A stretch of 63,978 bases of DNA, the filler included, from a bacterium (lineage in GTDB: Bacteria > UBA9089 > CG2-30-40-21 > SBAY01): assembly GCA_040757115.1 (NCBI GenBank). It is 7 parts of 7 records of this genome, joined end to end, with 100 filler letters (N's around TTAATTAATTAA, not from the genome) between each part and the next. Parts side by side here need not be neighbours in the genome. Positions count along the whole stretch, not along the records: positions 23,505 to 52,701 come from JBFLYA010000024.1; 6 more parts are not named here. One strand, written 5' to 3'. Shown piece by piece: positions 41,364 through 48,039 of the stretch. Position 1 is the stretch's first letter; the number at the start of each line of letters is the position of its first letter. Below the pieces are notes generated by a model. The model saw only the letters and a list, made by a program, of their open reading frames with translations. It searched no databases and was not told the DNA's origin. The translations under genes and the position numbers were made by a program.

Positions 41364-41391
41364 TGACTTTTGAAAAATTATTTTTTAAAAT
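41363..41391 (+). promoter_or_regulatory. Promoter for luxI, TTGACT-N17-TAAAAT
   Basis: Mirror image of the minus-strand promoter. Confidence 0.75.
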
Positions 41392-41424
41392 CTATTCAAA
41401 GGGAGGGAAAAAGGAAGAAATGTA

Positions 41425-42183
41425 GTGAGTCAAGAGAAACTCAAAAATAACTCTCAAATGGACATAAACCCTCCTATTTCCTTCCAAGAAGGTCCTCTAA
41501 TTGTAAAAGAGATAAGAAATTGGGAGGAAAAGTTGTGTGTTTATCGTTTAAGACATAAGGTCTTTTGTGAAGAATTGAAATGGGTTCCCTGCACAAAAGA
41601 TAAACTGGAAATAGATGAGTATGACCAAAAATCTGTCCTCTTCGGTGTCTTTGATACGACGACCTTAAAGCCGAATAAGAAACTCCTCGCGTGCTTGAGA
41701 CTTATTCTCCCAGAAAGCGATTTTATGTTAGAGAGAGAATTCTCCTGCCTCATTGAGCCAGGGTATCATATAAGGAAGGAAAATGATACCGTAGAAATTT
41801 CAAGATTATCCGTAGCACCTGAGGCAAGAGGTAAAATATTATCCCATAATTTTAACTTTTACTATGTCTCTTTTCTCCTCTATAAAGGAATCTATCTCTG
41901 GAGTATTATACATAATATAAAGTATTTTTACATAGTGGTGGAATTAAAATTTTATCGGCTATTGCGCATCATGGGATTTTCTTGTAGAGCGATAGGAAAG
42001 CCTGAAGTAATGGAGGATAGGGTTATCGCCATAGCAGCAATATTATCTCGGAGAGATTTTGAGGTATTAAATGAAAGTAGAAATCCGGCGATGATAAGAT
42101 GGTTTAGTCAATATCAATCAAACCCTGCTCAAGAGCAATGGCAACACACTGAGCCCTATTTACTGCATCAAGCTTTTGCATAA
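41425..42183 (+). CDS. luxI: LuxI-family acyl-homoserine-lactone synthase
   Basis: YRLRHKVFCEELKW, LEIDEYD, CLRL, VEISRLSV conserved residues; start GTG 41425 or ATG 41458. Confidence 0.88.
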   Translation: MSQEKLKNNSQMDINPPISFQEGPLIVKEIRNWEEKLCVYRLRHKVFCEELKWVPCTKDKLEIDEYDQKSVLFGVFDTTTLKPNKKLLACLRLILPESDFMLEREFSCLIEPGYHIRKENDTVEISRLSVAPEARGKILSHNFNFYYVSFLLYKGIYLWSIIHNIKYFYIVVELKFYRLLRIMGFSCRAIGKPEVMEDRVIAIAAILSRRDFEVLNESRNPAMIRWFSQYQSNPAQEQWQHTEPYLLHQAFA

Positions 42184-42859
42184 TATTTTGCAGATGAAAG
42201 ATTACAGTCCGTTCACTAATCTCCAAAATCATTGATATTTCCCAGGAAGTCTTCCCTTCTTTTATCCAATTAATTACCTCTTTTTCTCGAGGGGAGAGAT
42301 GAATTTCTCTTTTCTTTCCCAAGGAGATTACCCGAGTGAGTGCGTGGTGAAAATGCGGAATAATTTGGCAAAGGATAATTTCGGTACGCTCATTATGCTC
42401 TACAGATTTTCCCCCGATAGAAAATAGACTCCCTTTGTGTGAAGAAAAATCTCGTAATCCATATGTATAACCTTCTCCCAGATTAAAAGACTCTGCTGTA
42501 TATAGAAAATCTTTCGGCGGAGGGTTTCTTTTATAAGTTTCTATCCAATACTGTAGTCTGTAGTTTAAAAAATTTTCTTTAAAGATCGGGTCAACTTTAT
42601 AATATTTTCTTTCCAGATAAATTTTTAACCACTCCTCAGGATAGCTTATATTTATAAGTTTAGAAGAAGGGATCCACAAGTCTATCGTTGTGTTTTTCTT
42701 AAGAGTGCATAATAAAGAAATGGCATGGTCGTAAGGCAGTATTAGATTTAACTTCTGAATTAACTTTTTTAAGTCCTCTTCATTATTACAGGAAAGACTT
42801 TCCTCAATTAATTCTAAAAGACAGATAGTATCTTGTTTGGATAATAAATTCTTCAACAT
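42104..42859 (-). CDS. luxR: LuxR-family AHL-binding regulator
   Basis: YPEEW..Y, VDP, W and G autoinducer-binding residues; LSPREKEV.W..EGKTSWEI HTH. ATG 42859 preferred because 42886 lies within a repeat. Confidence 0.93.
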   Translation of the reverse strand: MLKNLLSKQDTICLLELIEESLSCNNEEDLKKLIQKLNLILPYDHAISLLCTLKKNTTIDLWIPSSKLINISYPEEWLKIYLERKYYKVDPIFKENFLNYRLQYWIETYKRNPPPKDFLYTAESFNLGEGYTYGLRDFSSHKGSLFSIGGKSVEHNERTEIILCQIIPHFHHALTRVISLGKKREIHLSPREKEVINWIKEGKTSWEISMILEISERTVIFHLQNIMQKLDAVNRAQCVAIALEQGLIDID

Positions 42860-42860
42860 A

Positions 42861-43363
42861 TTCCCCTGAAAATGTTCGTAACTCATTGTAATTCCTTGAT
42901 TTACAAAACTACATTTTCATCGTCCTTCTCCTGAAAATGTGTGTAAGTTATTGTAATTGCTTGAGTTACAAAATTACATTTTCATCGTCCTTTGTGAGTC
43001 GCAGACTCATGAGCGTTTCCCCTGAAAATAGCGAATTAGTGAATTAGAGATTAGCGAATTAGTATAGTATCCACAGACTCGTATCCTCTGGTTTAGAACA
43101 CATATTCCCCCTTAATAAAGGGAGTTAGGGGGTTGTCCTTCTCCCATTTTCATTGCCCTTTGTGAGCCCTGGCTCATGTCCGTTTCCCCTGAAAATAGCG
43201 AATTAGTGAATTAGAGATTAGCGAATTAGTATAGTATCCACAGACTCGTATCCTCTGGTTTAGAACACATATTCCCCCTTAATAAAGGGAGTTAGGGGGT
43301 TGTCCTTCTCCCATTTTCATTGCCCTTTGTGAGCCCTGGCTCATGTCCGTTTCTCCTGAAGAT
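42861..43363 (-). mobile_element. Tandem array of four family A units, including a 167-bp duplication (43014-43180, 43181-43347)
   Basis: Five AGG(A/G)GAA cores, the last directly before the luxR ATG. Confidence 0.85.
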
Positions 43364-43441
43364 ATTTATGTGCCATAATAACCCATTCTTTAGCATCCTC
43401 TTCTGAAAATTCTACAGTAGAATCATAATCACCTCTTCCCT

Positions 43442-44065
43442 TTACCATGTGACCAAATCCTCATCAAAATCCAGATGGCAGGTATCATTAAAGACTAAAA
43501 CGCAAGGAAATTCTTTATAAAAACTTATGATTGTTACCGCACTATTCTTAAGTGAGATAGACCATACCTTGTTTAAATTCATCTCTAATAAATGGGCTAA
43601 ATAAGTAGTAATCACGCCGCCATGTGTGACGACAAGAACCTGTTGGTCAGGATGTTTTGTCCTGATTTCATCGAATACTCGGACGACCCGCTCTTTAAAT
43701 TCTAAAAGTGTCTCTGCACCGGGGATTCTTACTTCTAATGGTTTTTGATACCATTCCTTATATAGTTCTTTGTTTTCTTTTCGGACTTGATTTATAGTTT
43801 TTCCTTCCCAGATACCCAGTTTGATTTCATGCAAGTCTTGATGGATAAGAATATCGTTTTTAGAATTAGTTAAAATCTTAGCGGTCTGGTAGGCACGACT
43901 TAAATGACTGCTATAAACCGCATCAAATTTCGTTCCATTAAACCGCTGAGCCAGGAGTTGCGATTGTCTATATCCTTTTTCACTTAATTTAGGATTTCTT
44001 ATTCCTTGCACTCGGTTTAATTTATTCCATGTAGATTCACTATGTCGGACCAAGATTAATTTCAT
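43442..44065 (-). CDS. Histidine phosphatase (GpmB/CobC/PspA-like)
   Basis: MKLILVRHSE, SSHLSRAYQTA, VVTHGG, FNDTCHL. Confidence 0.9.
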   Translation of the reverse strand: MKLILVRHSESTWNKLNRVQGIRNPKLSEKGYRQSQLLAQRFNGTKFDAVYSSHLSRAYQTAKILTNSKNDILIHQDLHEIKLGIWEGKTINQVRKENKELYKEWYQKPLEVRIPGAETLLEFKERVVRVFDEIRTKHPDQQVLVVTHGGVITTYLAHLLEMNLNKVWSISLKNSAVTIISFYKEFPCVLVFNDTCHLDFDEDLVTW

Positions 44066-44069
44066 GTTA

Positions 44070-44228
44070 TTTTCCTGAAAATAGACTACAGACCATAGAC
44101 CAAAGAAAATCGGAACTTGGGGAAGGCTGGTAGCCGCAGGCTTCAGCCTGATTTCACCTGAACCATCAAACTCATTTTCATCTTCGTTTGTGCCTACTCC
44201 CTGTGGGCATGACCGTTCTCCTGAAAAT
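44070..44228 (-). mobile_element. Single family A unit at the phosphatase ribosome-binding site
   Basis: AGGAGAA-hairpin-ATGAAAAT-insert-ATTTTC-AGGAAAA-TAAC-ATG. Confidence 0.75.
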
Positions 44229-44243
44229 AGAAGTGATACTTCG

Positions 44244-46442
44244 TTATTCTTCAAGTCTGATTTTATCAAATTCCTCCAGATTCTCTTCTTCAGCAGGCGT
44301 GATTGAAGAAGAAACCGTTTCTGTTCCTTGTTCCAGAATACCTTCTTCTGTATGGAGATGACAATATTCAGTTGGGGAATTGCCTTCAATAAATATCTCT
44401 GACCTGGTTTTGGGACAATATTTCGTTGCCAATAAACCGGTAGTTGGGTCAACTGTTGCAAAGGTAACCCCGGTGGGAACCGTGAAATCCTGTATTTCCA
44501 ACAAATGCTGGATTTTTTCCATAAAAGTTGTCCAGATAGGTGCGGCAACGACTCCGCCTGCCTGACCATAACCTAATGTTCGCTGGCCACGGTCATATCC
44601 AATCCAGACACTTGCTACTAATTCTGGTGTAAAACCAATAAACCAGGCATCAACATAATCATTAGTTGTGCCAGTTTTACCAGCAACAACTCTATTTATA
44701 TGGTTTCCAACCGAATATTTTGCCGTGCCTCGTGTTACTACCCCTTCCAGCAAATTGGTAATTATGTAGGCTGTTTGCGGTGAAAGCACCCTTTCCTCAT
44801 CAGGTGTTCTTTCTTCTAATATATTTTGATTATGGTCTTTGAGACATTTTATAGCAATCGGGTCAACCTTAATTCCCTGGTTAGCAAAGATACCAAAAGC
44901 CATTGTCATTTCTAATGGGGTGACCACCTTTGTTCCCAGTGCCAGTGATAAATCCTGCTCAAATTTACCTTTAATCCCCATCCGACGGGCATATTCAATT
45001 ACCTTTCGGACACCTACCTTTTCCAACAAATCAATCGTGGCTAAATTAAGCGAATATTCCAGAGCAGACCTTAATGTCACCTTACCATGATAATTACCTT
45101 CATAATTACTTGGTTCCCAAACCTGTCCTTCTTTAACCCCTTGATAGGTTCTGGGAGAATCATCTAAAATACTTATTGGTGTAAATCCCTCGTCAATAGC
45201 CGCGGCATAAATAAATGGTTTAAATGCAGACCCTGCTTGCCTTCTGGCATATATTCGATTTAACTGATTCTCGTAGGAAAAACCACTTCCGCCAACCATT
45301 GCCTTGATATAGCCATTTCTGGGGTCAATGGCTAAAAGTGCTCCTTCTATTTGTGGTTCACCTGATTTCTTCGCTTGATTTAATTGCCTTAATCCATCCT
45401 GAAGAACCTGGGATGCCGCTTCTTGCATCTCTAAATCTAAAGTCGTATAAACATTTAAACCAGCGGTATAAAGTGCATTACTCCCATATTCTTCCTCGAG
45501 TATTTGTCGGATATACTCCGTAAAATAAGGGGCTTTATTAATACTTGTTTTTGTTTTGGCAAATTTTTTTTTAGATATAATCTCTACCTGAGTGGCAAAT
45601 GCCTTTTGTGCCATCTCCCTTTGTTCAGAATTAATAAATCCTTCTTCTTCCATTCGTTTTAAGACAAATGCCTGGCGATTGATTGCTCTTTTGGGATAAA
45701 CAAGGGGTGAATAACGGACAGGTGAACCTGGCAGACCAGCAAGCATAGCAATTTCAGGTAATTTTAACTCCTTGACCCGCTTATCAAAATAATACATTGC
45801 CCCAGCCTGAACTCCATAGTTACCATGGCCATAATATATTTTATTAAAATATCTCTCTAAAATTTCATCTTTAGTTAATTTCTGCTCAATCAAAAGAGCG
45901 ATTAATATCTCTTGTATTTTTCGACGATAAGTTCGTTCCTGGGTTAAAAACAGATTTTTTGCCAATTGTTGGGTAATCGTGCTGCCACCCTGGGTTATTT
46001 TACGGTGACGAATATTAGCCACAAACGCCCTTAAAACACCAAAGATATCTACCCCTTTATGTTTATAAAATTGATTATCTTCGACAGCAATCACGGCATC
46101 TTTTAATGTTTGAGGGATGCTTTCGAGACTGACTAATTCTCTTTTTTCTTCGGCAAATTCCGCAATTACTTCATTATTTAAAGAATAAAGTTTAGTTGGA
46201 ATTTTCCAGACTTCTATACCTTCATATTTTAAAATAGGCTCTAAATTAGGTAGATGTGTTAGAAAGGAGACAATTATTCCTCCTCCCATTCCAGCAATGA
46301 TAAATATACTTAATAAACACCCAATCAAGATAAATTTTGGGATAGGTCCTAATTGTCGTTTTGACTTTTTAGTCTTAACCACTGAAGGGTAAATAGTTGT
46401 TGGCATTGTTCTGTAATATTTATGTCTTCGTCGTTTAAACAT
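44244..46442 (-). CDS. Class A penicillin-binding protein (PBP1A)
   Basis: EDNQFY.H.G, GGSTITQQL, SAFK, SLN, KTG; start ATG 46442. Confidence 0.93.
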   Translation of the reverse strand: MFKRRRHKYYRTMPTTIYPSVVKTKKSKRQLGPIPKFILIGCLLSIFIIAGMGGGIIVSFLTHLPNLEPILKYEGIEVWKIPTKLYSLNNEVIAEFAEEKRELVSLESIPQTLKDAVIAVEDNQFYKHKGVDIFGVLRAFVANIRHRKITQGGSTITQQLAKNLFLTQERTYRRKIQEILIALLIEQKLTKDEILERYFNKIYYGHGNYGVQAGAMYYFDKRVKELKLPEIAMLAGLPGSPVRYSPLVYPKRAINRQAFVLKRMEEEGFINSEQREMAQKAFATQVEIISKKKFAKTKTSINKAPYFTEYIRQILEEEYGSNALYTAGLNVYTTLDLEMQEAASQVLQDGLRQLNQAKKSGEPQIEGALLAIDPRNGYIKAMVGGSGFSYENQLNRIYARRQAGSAFKPFIYAAAIDEGFTPISILDDSPRTYQGVKEGQVWEPSNYEGNYHGKVTLRSALEYSLNLATIDLLEKVGVRKVIEYARRMGIKGKFEQDLSLALGTKVVTPLEMTMAFGIFANQGIKVDPIAIKCLKDHNQNILEERTPDEERVLSPQTAYIITNLLEGVVTRGTAKYSVGNHINRVVAGKTGTTNDYVDAWFIGFTPELVASVWIGYDRGQRTLGYGQAGGVVAAPIWTTFMEKIQHLLEIQDFTVPTGVTFATVDPTTGLLATKYCPKTRSEIFIEGNSPTEYCHLHTEEGILEQGTETVSSSITPAEEENLEEFDKIRLEE

Positions 46443-46444
46443 AG

Positions 46445-46586
46445 TTCTCCTGAAAATAGGAAGTAGAGAGTAGAAAGTAAAGAAAACATCACTCCTCACG
46501 CCTATCTCCTTACCTCCCACCTCCTATCTCCTACCACTATTTTCATCCTCCTTTGTGTCCACCCTGTGGACATAAGCGTTTCTCCT
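46445..46586 (-). mobile_element. Single family A unit at the PBP1A ribosome-binding site
   Basis: AGGAGAA directly repeated at both ends, 2 nt before the ATG. Confidence 0.8.
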
Positions 46587-46592
46587 TCGTTT

Positions 46593-47519
46593 TTACAAAT
46601 TCCGAAAATAAACCCTTGTCGTTATCGTAATTCCATTAAAATAATCTTCATCTATCTTACCATCCAGATCATTATCCATCCCATCTATTACATCTTCTTG
46701 TATTGCCCCATCTCTATCATCATCACTATCCACTTTTAAAGTAATCATTATCAGTTCAATCTGCCTTATTTTACTAAGTCCAGTTGGAATTCCTGCCGGA
46801 AGTTCTTCATCTGAAGTAAAATACCTGAATTCTAATTGACTAATATCTCTTGAAATTAATGTTGCACTACCTTGTTGATTCCAGGAGCCCGCTGAATTTT
46901 TATGATAGATAGTTTTGTATAATTCACCCTGCTGATAGATTCTACCATTTCTTAGTTCGTTAATTTGTTTAAATTCATACCTAACAGCCAAACCATAATC
47001 ATCGCCCAGAGGATTATTCGCTAAAAGGAGAGAAGTCGTGCCTTCTGGATTATCGGAGTCATAGGGCGAGATAACCGTAATCGTTGGAATCCCTTTTTTT
47101 AAATCGGTAGTAGTAGGAGACCCTTGATTAATTATTGCAAAATCTGTGTGGATAGTATTAGTGCTTTCACAAAATCCATTCTGGCTATCAACAATCCCAT
47201 AACCTATAATAATAGAATTTGTTCCTAAGGTAATTGGTTGCTCCACATCAAATTGTGGTCCATAAATAGAATATCCTCCTCTTAAAGTAGATAATACTCC
47301 TTGTTTTTCAAAATCTGTTCTACCCTCTTCTCCTTCTAAAATCAATTTTACTATTTCTTGAGGTTCAGTAGGAACGCCTTTTACCATAAAATCCATCCCC
47401 TGCCTCATAAATAAAATAACAACCATCGCTATTACTGCCAGGATACCTGCTCCGACAATAAATTCTAAGAGGGTAGTTCCTTGTTCTTTATTTTTTAGAA
47501 ATACAAGTGGATACTTCAC
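46593..47519 (-). CDS. Minor pilin/pseudopilin (PilW-like)
   Basis: G|TTLLE prepilin motif; C-terminal DxDxDG acidic motifs. Confidence 0.7.
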   Translation of the reverse strand: MKYPLVFLKNKEQGTTLLEFIVGAGILAVIAMVVILFMRQGMDFMVKGVPTEPQEIVKLILEGEEGRTDFEKQGVLSTLRGGYSIYGPQFDVEQPITLGTNSIIIGYGIVDSQNGFCESTNTIHTDFAIINQGSPTTTDLKKGIPTITVISPYDSDNPEGTTSLLLANNPLGDDYGLAVRYEFKQINELRNGRIYQQGELYKTIYHKNSAGSWNQQGSATLISRDISQLEFRYFTSDEELPAGIPTGLSKIRQIELIMITLKVDSDDDRDGAIQEDVIDGMDNDLDGKIDEDYFNGITITTRVYFRNL

Positions 47520-48039
47520 GTTTGCGGATAATTCCTCCTTCTATCCATTCTATAAGAACCTTTATTCCTTTATAATCCTGTGTAGTCCAGGTAGTTTCGT
47601 TATCATCGACCCAGTAAGTAAATACAGTCTTTGTTCCATTGGTAGTTTGTGTTCCTACACCTATAGTCACCAATAAATCTTTATGGTCATGGAGTAAAGT
47701 TGTTGAGGTGCACATAGTTGGGTTGCTATTTGTGCAAGTAGTATAAGTAGCAAGATAAAGAGTTGGTGGGAAATTTCCTGCTGGATACCCTGAATAATAT
47801 GTCGCTCCTTTTTCATACCAGGTTGGAGTAAAAGTAGCAGGGCAGGGAACGCTATCATAAGAAACCTTTTTTATGCTCTCCATTGTTTCCTGACATAGGT
47901 TGATGGCTACTTCTGCGTTTCTTGAAGTAATTACATTTTTGTAGGAATAATTGATGCAGTTAAAAATAGCTAAGGCAAAAATTGTAAAAATGAGTGCCGC
48001 TATTAATATCTCTACTAAACTAAATCCTTCCTCCCTCAT
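47488..48039 (-). CDS. Minor pilin/pseudopilin (PilV-like)
   Basis: G|FSLVEILIA motif. Confidence 0.8.
   Translation of the reverse strand: MREEGFSLVEILIAALIFTIFALAIFNCINYSYKNVITSRNAEVAINLCQETMESIKKVSYDSVPCPATFTPTWYEKGATYYSGYPAGNFPPTLYLATYTTCTNSNPTMCTSTTLLHDHKDLLVTIGVGTQTTNGTKTVFTYWVDDNETTWTTQDYKGIKVLIEWIEGGIIRKREVSTCISKK

Noticed and set aside
42861-43363. Repeat-spacer pattern as a CRISPR array
   Set aside because: Repeats are ~50 nt and variable, inserts range from about 40 to 116 nt and are themselves duplicated, copies are dispersed, and no cas genes are present.
44066-44569. N-terminal 168 residues of the 375-aa phosphatase ORF
   Set aside because: Overlaps the PBP1A 3' end and a repeat; the domain starts at ATG 44065.
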